Source: an uncultured bacterium (lineage in GTDB: Bacteria > Verrucomicrobiota > Verrucomicrobiia > Limisphaerales > UBA8199). Taken from it: 64,000 nucleotides of DNA. Where the stretch lies: the NCBI GenBank assembly GCA_963749495.1, contig CAVVMW010000014.1:224001-288000 (forward strand), written 5' to 3'. The notes beneath the pieces were generated by a model. The model was not told the origin of the DNA. It did no database searches and was given only the letters and a program-made list of their open reading frames with translations. Position numbers and translations under genes: made by a program. Positions 36,566-46,149 of the stretch are shown here, one piece after another; within the stretch, counting starts at the first letter, position 1, and each line of letters begins with the position of its first letter.

Positions 36566-39500
36566 TTAGAAACCTAATCCTTTCTTTCGGGCGAGAACGC
36601 CGTCAACCCAGCGCTTTTCTTCGGTGCTGGAGGGGTACAGGGCGGAGAGGGCCTGGGCGAGACGCCAGAAACGCTGGTCGTTGCCAGCGCCGTCCTCGAC
36701 CAGGAAGTGTTTGAGGGCCTCGCCGCGACTAGCGGCGAAGAGGATCATGCTTTGATGGACGCGATCCAGCACGGTTTTGCCAACCCGGTCAACTTTGGTT
36801 TCGCCAAAAGTGGATTCGGCGCCGCCGTCCGCCGGCTGGACAGCCTTGAACAGGTCCATCTGCGGTTGGCGCTTCCGACGGACCGGGGCTGCCTTGCCTT
36901 CGCCTTTCCCGAAAAGGTGGTTGGCGCGTTCGGCCACGGGCAGCAGTCGGGCGATCTCGCCCGAAACTTCAACGAGGCTTTGCAGGTCCTCAAGGTGGGC
37001 GCCAAGCCCCTGCGCGATCTTACGTGCCGCGTCGTATTCGAGGACGAAGCCTCCTTTCGCCTTCCCTCCTCTGGCGTTTTCATCGCCTTCGTCTTCCGGC
37101 TCTTCCTCTGGCTCTCCTTGAGTATTCAGCCTTTCGCCCTCAGCCTTTGTGTTGAGCGTCCAGAGCCACATGGCGGTGAGTCGGGCGTCTTCCTCGAAGC
37201 CGGTGGCGTCGGCGCCTCCGAAAATCATGGTGAGGGCTTCCTTGGCCACGGCGGCCCAGACCTGCTCCAGGTACTCCTTGAGCGTGACGGCCTCGCCGCT
37301 GGCCTTCTCCACGCGCGAATAGCGGGAGAAGATTTCCAGGGCCGGGCCGAGACAGGCGAAGATGGCGTCCGCGCCGACAACGCCCTCCTCGGCCAAGTGC
37401 GGCATCCATTCGTGGATGCGGGGAGGCAACCCGGTGAGCACGTCGCGCCAATCACCGACCTCATCGATCCGTACCGAGCCGCCGGGATTCTCGCGAGGTC
37501 GGCAGACGAGGTGAACGGAGGACTGTAAGGCTGCCGACCCTATTGCTCGCTGGCGGTTCGGCCTTTCTGTATCAATCGGCCACGAAGCCGAAACCATCCA
37601 ACCGGCAAGAATCATGGCGTCAAGAATCGCTTCCCAACCAGCGGTGGTTTTGTTCGCGAAGACTACGACTCCGATACCCTCGGGCCGAACGACACGCCGA
37701 GAAACCCGGAACGCGGCACCCATGCTTTTCAGGTAGGTCTGGTCGTTTTTTTCGCCGCGCCCATCTTCGAGTGTTTTCCCTATGCTGATAGCCTCCTGTG
37801 CTTTTGGCACATGGTCTTCGTTGTAGCTGAGAACTGATGGCGGCGCTGACCTGCGAAGCCACGGGTAGAAGAACTCCGAGAGGTCGCTGTAGCCGAATGC
37901 AGCGTAATACGGCGGGTCGGTTATCATCGCTGCCGCGATGTGGTCGGGCAGGCAAGCTTCCTGTGCCGGGGACCGTACGACGGTTCCAGGATGCAGGTGG
38001 CTTTCAGCCAAGTTACGGATGACCCGCACAATCCAGTCGATCTGACCGTTCCAGTCTCCTCCGGAGCCACCGGTTGGATTTACTTCAACGAAGTCCAAGA
38101 TCATTGGCATCTTATTCTGGGAACCGTTTGACGCTGCCACGGCTTCGAGGGACGGCAACCAGCGGCAGAGCGTGGAACAAAGGTCGTTTACTCTTCCAAC
38201 CGCGAGGGCGAGGCAGGTCAAGACTGCGTTTTGCTCTGGCTCCGCGAGGTCGGTAGCTTCGAGGGCTTCCCGGAGCGACTGGCTTGTCACAAGGCAAGAG
38301 AGGGTCGTCAACGCCACCAGCTGACGTGGCGTGTAGAGGTCACGCCAACGACGGATGCCGTACTTCTGGAAGCGGAAGCCCAGTGCTCCGTCAGGCGGGG
38401 CGTCTTCATGGGGGATGGAGGGCAGACCGTTCAGGGTTTCGTATTCGAGTTTAGCAACGCGTCCGCTGACGACCTCGAGAGCATGATAATCCTGCTCGTG
38501 CGGAGCGCGGTAGTCCTTTCCGTCGCGGTGGGGGTTTGTTGTTACGACGGCGAGTAACCTCGCGGGATCGCTGCCGCCATGTTTCCTGGACAGGGCTTCC
38601 CGGACACGCTTTGCCGGAGTTGTGTACCCGCATAAGGGACAGGTTGCGGAGCTCCTCTTGGAAATTGCCGGCATAACCTCGCCGTCCTTCGGGGACTTCG
38701 TGACGGTCACTTCGACGGTGTTTGTTCGCGTGTTCTTGGCGAGAGTAAATGCACGTTTGCGACCTTCCTTGGTTGAAAGCCAGGTTTGACCAACGAGCGG
38801 TACTTCCGCGCCGCAGCCGGGGCCTTCGCATTGGATGGTGCGCGCCCAGAGGTAGGCGATGGGCGTCGCGCCGTCGGGGTCTTTGGGGTAGAACTCGGCC
38901 AATTCCTTCTCCGCCTCGTGCTTGATCCAGTCGCCCCATTTGCGGACCTCATCGGCGAGGCGCTGGCCATATTTGGGGATGTATTCGAGGACGACCTTGT
39001 TGAGCAGGACGGCCACGGGATTCAGATCGCTGGCAAACGCGTCTGCGCCGACGCGGAGGGCTTCGAGCGGGATGGAGCCGCCGCCGCAAAATGGGTCCAC
39101 GACGAGCGGGCGGGTGCCGGGGGCGCCGCCGAGGGCCTCGTGGGCGGCCTGGGTAAGGGCGCGGCTGGTGTCGAGGTATTCCTTAACGGTGGAGTTATCC
39201 CAATTGGCGAAGTCGGCGATGAAGTCGAGGAGGGCCGAACGCAAGGCTAAAGGCTGAAGGCTAAAGGCTGAAGTGGAAGTCAGCTTCTGCCAGAGCTTGA
39301 AGTTTTCGGGGGAGGAGTGGTCATTGGCGAGCTTGGTGTCGCCGGTCACTTTGCGGGCGAAGTCGAGGAGGAGCTTTGCTGCGGCTTCGCGGAAGGCGGC
39401 AGGGCAGTTCGTGTCGGCGGGGTCCGGCCATAGCGCCGCGCAAATGACCGCCCGGCAAGCCGCCAACGGCCGCCGTGCCCACCAGATGTGCAACGTCGAA

Positions 39501-39601
39501 ATATGGCCGTGCCGGATGGACTTCTCGCGCCGGGCGTGGGCCGAGATGCGCTTGATCGGCAGGTCAACTTCGATGAGGCGTTTGGGGTAGGTAGTGGACA
39601 T
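36566..39601 (-). CDS. DUF1156 adenine DNA methyltransferase
   Basis: LHIWWARRPLAACRA, DPFCGGGSIPLEA, TDPPY, SVHLVCRPR. Confidence 0.93.
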   Translation of the reverse strand: MSTTYPKRLIEVDLPIKRISAHARREKSIRHGHISTLHIWWARRPLAACRAVICAALWPDPADTNCPAAFREAAAKLLLDFARKVTGDTKLANDHSSPENFKLWQKLTSTSAFSLQPLALRSALLDFIADFANWDNSTVKEYLDTSRALTQAAHEALGGAPGTRPLVVDPFCGGGSIPLEALRVGADAFASDLNPVAVLLNKVVLEYIPKYGQRLADEVRKWGDWIKHEAEKELAEFYPKDPDGATPIAYLWARTIQCEGPGCGAEVPLVGQTWLSTKEGRKRAFTLAKNTRTNTVEVTVTKSPKDGEVMPAISKRSSATCPLCGYTTPAKRVREALSRKHGGSDPARLLAVVTTNPHRDGKDYRAPHEQDYHALEVVSGRVAKLEYETLNGLPSIPHEDAPPDGALGFRFQKYGIRRWRDLYTPRQLVALTTLSCLVTSQSLREALEATDLAEPEQNAVLTCLALAVGRVNDLCSTLCRWLPSLEAVAASNGSQNKMPMILDFVEVNPTGGSGGDWNGQIDWIVRVIRNLAESHLHPGTVVRSPAQEACLPDHIAAAMITDPPYYAAFGYSDLSEFFYPWLRRSAPPSVLSYNEDHVPKAQEAISIGKTLEDGRGEKNDQTYLKSMGAAFRVSRRVVRPEGIGVVVFANKTTAGWEAILDAMILAGWMVSASWPIDTERPNRQRAIGSAALQSSVHLVCRPRENPGGSVRIDEVGDWRDVLTGLPPRIHEWMPHLAEEGVVGADAIFACLGPALEIFSRYSRVEKASGEAVTLKEYLEQVWAAVAKEALTMIFGGADATGFEEDARLTAMWLWTLNTKAEGERLNTQGEPEEEPEDEGDENARGGKAKGGFVLEYDAARKIAQGLGAHLEDLQSLVEVSGEIARLLPVAERANHLFGKGEGKAAPVRRKRQPQMDLFKAVQPADGGAESTFGETKVDRVGKTVLDRVHQSMILFAASRGEALKHFLVEDGAGNDQRFWRLAQALSALYPSSTEEKRWVDGVLARKKGLGF

Positions 39602-39615
39602 TGAATGGTTTGGGA

Positions 39616-39792
39616 TCAGCTCGCCCCTTTCAAAATGTCGGAAGCAGGAATGAAGATCTCCCGGTTTGCGACTGCGCGAGCGTCCGGAACACTGCTCCGA
39701 TCAAGGCGCGAACGCACGTCGGACTTCTTCCAAAACACGTTAATGACGGCTTCTTTGAGGGCCGAAAGAACATTGTCAGGAAAATGAGCCAT
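39616..39792 (-). pseudogene. 58-codon remnant, possibly a restriction-endonuclease N-terminus
   Basis: MAHFPDNVLSALKEAVINVFWKKSDVRS.. with no catalytic domain. Confidence 0.4.
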
Positions 39793-39801
39793 AAACGGGC
39801 G

Positions 39802-40889
39802 CTACCCTGTTGGCCACTCACTGATCCGATTCCAGATGCGCTGGAGCCATTTTTCGTATGCCTGCGGATTCGGCATGGACTGTACAACCCAGGCGGCGCT
39901 GAGGGACTTGTCGGGCCAGAGATGGAGCCGGTTGGCGACGCCGACTTCCTTGGCGACCTGGTGAACGAGCTTGAAGGATTGCAGGGCGTAATCCTTCCAG
40001 GATTCACGCGTGGCGAAGACTTCCGAGCGCAGGCGGATTTTGAGGGCGTCCGCCTGGACCTGGATGCGCTCGACGTTTTCGGCGCGGATGTTGATCGGCT
40101 CGTGGAAGATGGTGAGCGGCTTGAGCTCAGCGATGGCTTTGAGCGTCGCCCGCAAGTCCGCTTCGTCAGATTCCGGGTAAGTCGGCGCGATGGCGACATA
40201 GACGTTGAGGCCGGCCCGCCTGGCGGCATGGAGCGTGGCGAGGCGCTGGGCGGGCGAGGGCGCTTTCGGCTGTACGCCCGGGAGAGGTCGTCGCGCAGGG
40301 TGGGCAGGCTCATGCCGAAGAGGAGCCGGTTGCCGAAGGACTTGAAGAGGTCGAAGTGGCGCCGGGCGAGCGGGCTTCGGGTTAGGATACGAACGCGCAG
40401 GGTTGAGCGGTTGCGGATGAGTTCCAAGGAGCGCCGGACGAGGTATTCGGCTGAGGACGCCAGTTCGGCGCGGAGGGTGGCGTCGGAGCTGCGGAAGACT
40501 TGGTAGGGGTCGGTAGTGGAGCAGTAGATGACCGCGCGGTTTCCATCGCCGTTCAGCTCGGAGCGCGGTTTGCCCTCTGCCTGGGCGAGGGAGGCGAGGA
40601 ATTTGCGCTCAATCCAGCGGCGCAGCAGGACGTAGTCGCCCCAGTCGGCATCGGGGTCCTGGACGCCGTATTCCTTGAGCTTGGGGCCGATTTTGATGGT
40701 GGCCGCGCTGGGGACGTAGCAGAAGCGGCATGCGTGGCCGCAGCCGATCGCGATGTTGAATGACCAGTTGGAGAGGCTCTTGTGGACGAAGTAGTTCTCC
40801 TGAATGACGGCGGGGTGCTCCCAAAACCCCAGCGGGGATTTGGTCGCTTCGCGTTGTTCTGGACTGAGCAATACGGGCATACTCGTCAT
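39802..40889 (-). CDS. Radical SAM protein, spore-photoproduct-lyase-like (frameshift ~40270)
   Basis: GCGHACRFCY, STTDPYQ, ILTRS; restoring one G gives YEPKAPSPAQRL and joins ORF 39802..40155. Confidence 0.85.
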
Positions 40890-41977
40890 TTCCGGATGAC
40901 CTTTACCGGTTCAGGTTTCTTGAGCGAAGAATACTCAATGCCAGAAATATTACCATCGATTCGTCGATCCTTCACGAGCCGGCGGAGGACGGGCATGGCG
41001 TGCTTCATCAAGAATCCCTGTTCGAGCACGAAGCCGTAGATGGCCCCGGTGTCCGGCAGGCGGCCAGCGAGCAGCTCTTTCTCGAATTGCTGTTCGAAAA
41101 GCTGGGTCTTTTTGGGCTGGTCCATCCCTGCGAAGAGAGCGATCTGGCCTTCGACGATCCCTTCTCGGTCAATGTCATAATCGGCCTCCCCGCGCAGCTT
41201 ATCGAGGCTCCATGCGGCCTCGAGGAATTTTTGGAGGCCCTTGAGGTTTTGGGAACCGAAGATGAGGCCGTAGATGTTGGAACCGCTGCGGATGGAGAAT
41301 GGCGCGAGCAGGTACTGCGTCGGCGCAGGGACGAGGCTGCGATAGTAGTCCACGATGGCGCGATGAACCTGGTGGTACGCAGGCGTTTTCCCGGCAAAAA
41401 TTCTTTCCGCTTCCAAGTATTGGTTTATTTCTGGTTCGTCCTTGAAACGGAGGACGTACGATGCTGACATGAAAACGAGCGTATCCGTGACAGGGAGGGT
41501 GCGGATCTGGTGAAAAATGTCCGCCGTGAAGAAACGCACGCCGTTTTGGTCGAGCAGCAGGAGGTTCGCGGAGTCGCGCATCTGGGGCCGGAGCTCTTCG
41601 AAGGCCTGGATGAAATCCTGGCTGGAGAAGTGGAGTTTGTACGGACCGGCCATGAAGGCGGCGTCCGTCACGGTTTGTTTGAGGTCGGCGATTTTGTCTG
41701 CGTCCGCATCGTTGAAATAGACATCTACCTGATAGCCGACCTGCTTTATCGTGGCGGCAAGGCGTTGGAGCGCTTCAAGGATGAGGATGGGGCTCCCTTT
41801 CTGGCCGTCGGAGTCCTGGCCTGGGCCGCAAAAGAGGTCGAAAATGCGGATCTTCTTCTTGGTGACCTTCCCACTGCCAACGAAGACGCCAAGCCAGGCG
41901 TCAATGTGCTTCCGGAACAACTCGAGCTTTACGAGGGTGCCTTCGTTGAACGGTTTGCGGTGGAGGTCGCGGGCCAT
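40886..41977 (-). CDS. tcmP: Three-Cys-motif partner protein TcmP (Rossmann MTase-like)
   Basis: T.VKL, DLFCGPG..GSP, LLLDQNG, YGLIFGS..KG..F..AAW. Confidence 0.8.
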   Translation of the reverse strand: MARDLHRKPFNEGTLVKLELFRKHIDAWLGVFVGSGKVTKKKIRIFDLFCGPGQDSDGQKGSPILILEALQRLAATIKQVGYQVDVYFNDADADKIADLKQTVTDAAFMAGPYKLHFSSQDFIQAFEELRPQMRDSANLLLLDQNGVRFFTADIFHQIRTLPVTDTLVFMSASYVLRFKDEPEINQYLEAERIFAGKTPAYHQVHRAIVDYYRSLVPAPTQYLLAPFSIRSGSNIYGLIFGSQNLKGLQKFLEAAWSLDKLRGEADYDIDREGIVEGQIALFAGMDQPKKTQLFEQQFEKELLAGRLPDTGAIYGFVLEQGFLMKHAMPVLRRLVKDRRIDGNISGIEYSSLKKPEPVKVIRK

Positions 41978-41982
41978 GACGT

Positions 41983-44900
41983 TTATGGGTTCGGCCCCGT
42001 GCGGTAAGGCGCTGGGTCTTCCTTCAACTCAACCGGACGTTTGAGCGAGTCCTGTTTGAGGAGGTACTGCTCGACTTTGATGATGGGCTGCCAGTCCAGG
42101 GAGGCTGGATCCTGGAGGGAATTGAGGGACGGTGTGGTGGCGCAGTGGAAGACGACGTAGAGGTAGTAATCGTTCTTGAGGCGCTTGGCGGTGTTGTACT
42201 CGTTGGAGGTGAGGGCGATTTCGCCGGTTTCGGCGCGGCCTTTGACTTCAATGAAACGGACATCTATCGCGGTCTTCGGGTCCTCGGGGTGCGGCTTGCG
42301 GGAGATGAGGTCGAAACCGCGGTTGTCCTGCTCGACGCTTTCGACAACGCGGCCTTGGGCTTCCTCGTGCCTGATGGCGACCTGGACGGCGGTTCTTTCG
42401 ATCTCGGGGTCGGCAACCATGGGGGCGATGTGCGGAGAGGAGCGTTCGGGGTGGGGGAGGACCCAGGCGCGGCCGAGGTGCTGGATGTCGCCGATCATGC
42501 ATTCGCGCTCGCGCTGGAGTTCGGCGCGGCGGTTTTCGAGCCGGCCGTTCAGTTCGTCAAGGCGGTCTTCGGTTTGTTTGATGTTGGCGGCGAGGGGCTG
42601 GGAGGCGTCGCCGCGCTGCTGCATATCGAGCAGGTCTGCCAGGCGGAGATTCTGGCGGTGAATCAGCTCATTCAGGCTGATTTCGAGGTGCTTGCTGATG
42701 GTCTCCGTCTCGCGGGCGCGCTCCTTGGCGGCCTCGGCGAGCATCGGGTTGAGGGCGTGTTGGATGAGGAACTGCTCGGCGGCGGTGCGGTCCGGAAGGC
42801 CAGTGCTGTCCGGGGCGGCGGTCCCTTTAGGCGCCACGGCAAGGTCGAGCAGGATGGTTGGCTGTTTGACGCTGAGGGCGCCATCGCGATCAGTCGCGAC
42901 GGCGAAAAGGCGGCGGTGGAGCTGGTGATCGCGGCCATCCTTGATGGAAGCGGCGAAGAAGTCGAGGCGGTAGGGCGTATTGGAGTTGAGGTCGTAAAAG
43001 ACGGTGCCGCGCTGAAGGTCCTGCGCGGCATGCTCCTGGAGGTCCTCGCGTACCGACTCGAAGAGCGGATGGCCGGGGGTGACCCATTCGAGGGTGGGGT
43101 CTTTGGGGAGCAGGGCTTTGTCGAAAACGATGTTCTTGTATTCGCGGCCGAGTTTGCCGAACCGGGGTTCTAGCCTTTCGCCGATAGGCCAGAGGGGCCG
43201 GGGAATGCGGCCGACTCTGTAAATGTGGGAACCTGCCCCCTCACCCTGGCCCTCTCCCCCTCGGAGGGGGCGAGGGGAACCTTCCGGGCCGAGTTGTCGC
43301 AATTGAATGCCAGAGACGGGCGCGGCCTGGGTGAAGAAGCCTTCAATGACCTCCGGCACGAGCCGGCGTTCCTTGGCCTCGGCGGACTTGCCGATGATGG
43401 CGGAGAGGTTCAGCTCCTTCTTGGCGAGCAGTTCAAGGGTGCATTTGGTGATGCGCTCGAAGCGGGTAATGTCCACTTCCTCCACAATGCGCTGCTTGAT
43501 GAGTTCCTCGGTCATCTGGTTGTGGGCGTACATGTCGCGAATCATCTTTTCCAGGAGATTCGCGGGGAACACGTCGCCCAGGACGTTGAACACCTTGCCG
43601 GTGCGGTGGGGATCGAGGTCCTCTTCGATGGCCTGGATGCGCTCGAAGAGCTTTTGGAGCACGCGGCCCTCGCGGGTGTTGGTGGAGACAAAATTGAAAA
43701 TCAGGCAGTCCTTTTCCTGGCCGTAGCGGTGGATGCGGCCCATGCGCTGCTCCAGGCGGACCGGGTTCCAGGGGATGTCGTAGTTGATCATGAACCAGCA
43801 GAATTGCAGGTTGATGCCTTCGCCGGCCGCCTCGGTGGCCACGAGGACCTGGGCGCACTCGCGAAAGTCGCGCTCGGCGAAAATGCGCGTGCCCGGCGTG
43901 TCACGGTCACCGACCTTCATCCCCCCATGGATCTGGGTGACGGACAGGCCCCACTCCAGCAGCCTGCCCAGCGGATGGCCGTTCTTGCCATCGCCTGCGA
44001 GGAAATCCAGGGTGTCCTTGTGCTCGGTGAAGATGAGGAGCTTCATCTTCGGGTCTTTGAAGACGCCGTGCCTGGTGATGAGATCCTTCAGGGCGGCGAG
44101 CTTGGATTCGCACTCCGTTTTTTCGAGGGCGCGGGCATGGTCGATGAGTTTGCCAAGCTCGAGGATTTCCTCCCTGAGCGCAGCCGGCTCGTAGGAAACG
44201 ACGAGATCCTCAAGCTCGGCCATGATGGCCTGGCGCTCATCTTCCGGCAGGTCTTCGAAATCTTCGGGGAGCCGCTTATTGATCTGGGCCTGGCGATAGC
44301 CTTCCGGGTCGGCGAGGATTTTTTCGCGTTTGTCCTTCATCCGCTCCAGGCTGCGGCGGACCGCGTAGATGCTGGAGGCGAACCGGCGCTGCAGCATGGC
44401 CATGGTGAAGCCCAGCGCCCGGGCGCGAGCGGACTCCTCAGAGGCCGCTTTGATGGACTGGTCCTCCACATAGCGGGTGAGGGCGTCGTAGAAATCCCAC
44501 TCCTCATCCGAGATTTTGAACTCGGTGGTTTGGACGTTCCGCTTCGTGAACAGGGTTTTGACATTGCCGGTGTCCGGGTCGGGAAAACTGACGAGGGCTT
44601 CTTTGACGCGGCGGAGGTAGAAAGGGGCCTCCTGCCGGCGCATAGCTTCCTCGAGGCTCTTGACGTCGCCATAAACGTCACGGTCAAGGAGTTCGAGGAA
44701 CAGGCAGAAATTATCGGGGTCGCCTTTGTGGGGCGTGGCGGTCATCAGCAAGTAATGGTCAGTCATGCCGGACAGGGCCTCACCGAGCTGGTAGGCGAGG
44801 GTTTTTTTGTCGCGGGTGGCGGCGCTCATTTTGTGGGCCTCGTCCACGATGATGAGATCCCAGTGACTGCGGAGAAGGCTTTCCTTGGCGTCCTCGATTC

Positions 44901-45522
44901 GTGAGACCCAGGAAACCGAGGTGACGACCTGGTTTTTGTCCTGCCAGGGGTTCGAGCCGTAGTTGGCGCGCAGGATGTCGCTGCGAATGACCTCGAAATT
45001 CTCGCGGAACTTGTCCTTCATTTCTCGCTGCCATTGGAACGAGAGGCTGGCCGGGGTGATGATGAGAGTGCGTTTGACCAGGCCGCGGATTTTCAGCTCC
45101 TTCAGCAGGAGACCGGCCATGATGGTCTTGCCGGCGCCTGGGTCGTCGGCCAGAAGGAAGCGGATGCGGGGCAGGCGGAGGAAGTAGTCGTAAACCGCTT
45201 CGAGCTGGTGCGGGAGCGGGTCAACGCGGGCGATCGAGAGCGAAAAGTAGGGGTCGTATTCAAAGGCGAGTTGCAGTCGCATGGCCTCGATGCCAAGGCG
45301 GAACATCTGGGGGTCGCCGTCAAACGGCTCGGTGTCAGGGGTGGTTTCCAGCAGCGCCAGGTTCCCGGGGGTCAGGACGAGTTCGAAAACCTTGCTGGTT
45401 TGGAGCCCCTTGCCGATAAGCTTCACCCCGGCCCCCATGGGTACGGTGACGATGACCTGCACGGGCTCCGGGAAAAGCGGGCCACGGAGGATCTTGTTCG
45501 GTTTTAGCTCATGCAGCTTCAC
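41983..45522 (-). CDS. SNF2-like helicase with a C-terminal DUF3883 nuclease domain
   Basis: [51 protein letters not shown] start inferred. Confidence 0.92.
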   Translation of the reverse strand: MKLHELKPNKILRGPLFPEPVQVIVTVPMGAGVKLIGKGLQTSKVFELVLTPGNLALLETTPDTEPFDGDPQMFRLGIEAMRLQLAFEYDPYFSLSIARVDPLPHQLEAVYDYFLRLPRIRFLLADDPGAGKTIMAGLLLKELKIRGLVKRTLIITPASLSFQWQREMKDKFRENFEVIRSDILRANYGSNPWQDKNQVVTSVSWVSRIEDAKESLLRSHWDLIIVDEAHKMSAATRDKKTLAYQLGEALSGMTDHYLLMTATPHKGDPDNFCLFLELLDRDVYGDVKSLEEAMRRQEAPFYLRRVKEALVSFPDPDTGNVKTLFTKRNVQTTEFKISDEEWDFYDALTRYVEDQSIKAASEESARARALGFTMAMLQRRFASSIYAVRRSLERMKDKREKILADPEGYRQAQINKRLPEDFEDLPEDERQAIMAELEDLVVSYEPAALREEILELGKLIDHARALEKTECESKLAALKDLITRHGVFKDPKMKLLIFTEHKDTLDFLAGDGKNGHPLGRLLEWGLSVTQIHGGMKVGDRDTPGTRIFAERDFRECAQVLVATEAAGEGINLQFCWFMINYDIPWNPVRLEQRMGRIHRYGQEKDCLIFNFVSTNTREGRVLQKLFERIQAIEEDLDPHRTGKVFNVLGDVFPANLLEKMIRDMYAHNQMTEELIKQRIVEEVDITRFERITKCTLELLAKKELNLSAIIGKSAEAKERRLVPEVIEGFFTQAAPVSGIQLRQLGPEGSPRPLRGGEGQGEGAGSHIYRVGRIPRPLWPIGERLEPRFGKLGREYKNIVFDKALLPKDPTLEWVTPGHPLFESVREDLQEHAAQDLQRGTVFYDLNSNTPYRLDFFAASIKDGRDHQLHRRLFAVATDRDGALSVKQPTILLDLAVAPKGTAAPDSTGLPDRTAAEQFLIQHALNPMLAEAAKERARETETISKHLEISLNELIHRQNLRLADLLDMQQRGDASQPLAANIKQTEDRLDELNGRLENRRAELQRERECMIGDIQHLGRAWVLPHPERSSPHIAPMVADPEIERTAVQVAIRHEEAQGRVVESVEQDNRGFDLISRKPHPEDPKTAIDVRFIEVKGRAETGEIALTSNEYNTAKRLKNDYYLYVVFHCATTPSLNSLQDPASLDWQPIIKVEQYLLKQDSLKRPVELKEDPAPYRTGPNP

Positions 45523-45650
45523 ATGACGGCAATCCCTGCGCCAGATGCCTACCGGACGGTTTACACGAGCCTGGAGCTGAAAGCACGGAAAAAACCTCCA
45601 AACCGCCAGGGCGCCAAGGCGCGCCAGGCGCGTCAGGTGCGTGAAAGGCC

Positions 45651-45749
45651 TCAGTAGCCGGGGTCCTTTCGAATACTGGCCTTGCGGTGATGCCCGTGGT
45701 CTGAAAAGGCCAGTGCCAGCCACAGGTTGGCATCGGCCAGCTCAATCAC
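45651..45749 (-). pseudogene. Truncated PIN/VapC toxin
   Basis: VIELADANLWLALAFSDHGHHRKA then a stop at codon 33. Confidence 0.7.
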
Positions 45750-45978
45750 CCCAGAAGCTGGCATCGAGTTCCTCTGGTGTCGGATTGATAATGCGCTTGC
45801 CGTCCCCACGAATCAGCGGCAGTGCTACCCGCTGCCGGACAGGCGCTGGCTCCTCGGAGGGGTGGCTCGCGGACGGCAAGATCGTTAACAGCCCGCTGGC
45901 CTTTTCCGGAAGCTTCTCCGGCTCTCGGGTGACAATCCGCCCGTGCTCAATTTCCACTTCGACTGTCACGTAACTCAT
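45742..45978 (-). CDS. Small putative antitoxin
   Basis: MSYVTVEVEIEHGRIV..; overlaps the start of the VapC remnant. Confidence 0.55.
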   Translation of the reverse strand: MSYVTVEVEIEHGRIVTREPEKLPEKASGLLTILPSASHPSEEPAPVRQRVALPLIRGDGKRIINPTPEELDASFWGD

Positions 45979-46149
45979 CAAGACAGCTTAACTGCTCGAG
46001 CGCTCCTGGCCAACCGAATTCTTCTCACAGAACGCTTTCTGAACAGTTGGCCCGAACCTTACGCTTGATTTTCTAAATCGCTTCTCTAACAATGCGGTGC
46101 AGCTTGCCCAGGACCCAGTTGCAACAGCGCCTGTTGCGCAGTTCCCTCC

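Noticed and set aside
45523..45723. N-terminal extension of the helicase in the ORF track
   Set aside because: It overlaps the VapC remnant and a repeat; GTG at 45522 is the more plausible start
26644..45978. A single intact integrative element from tRNA-Ser to the defence island
   Set aside because: No intact integrase and no duplicated tRNA 3' end was found by eye; metabolic genes intervene
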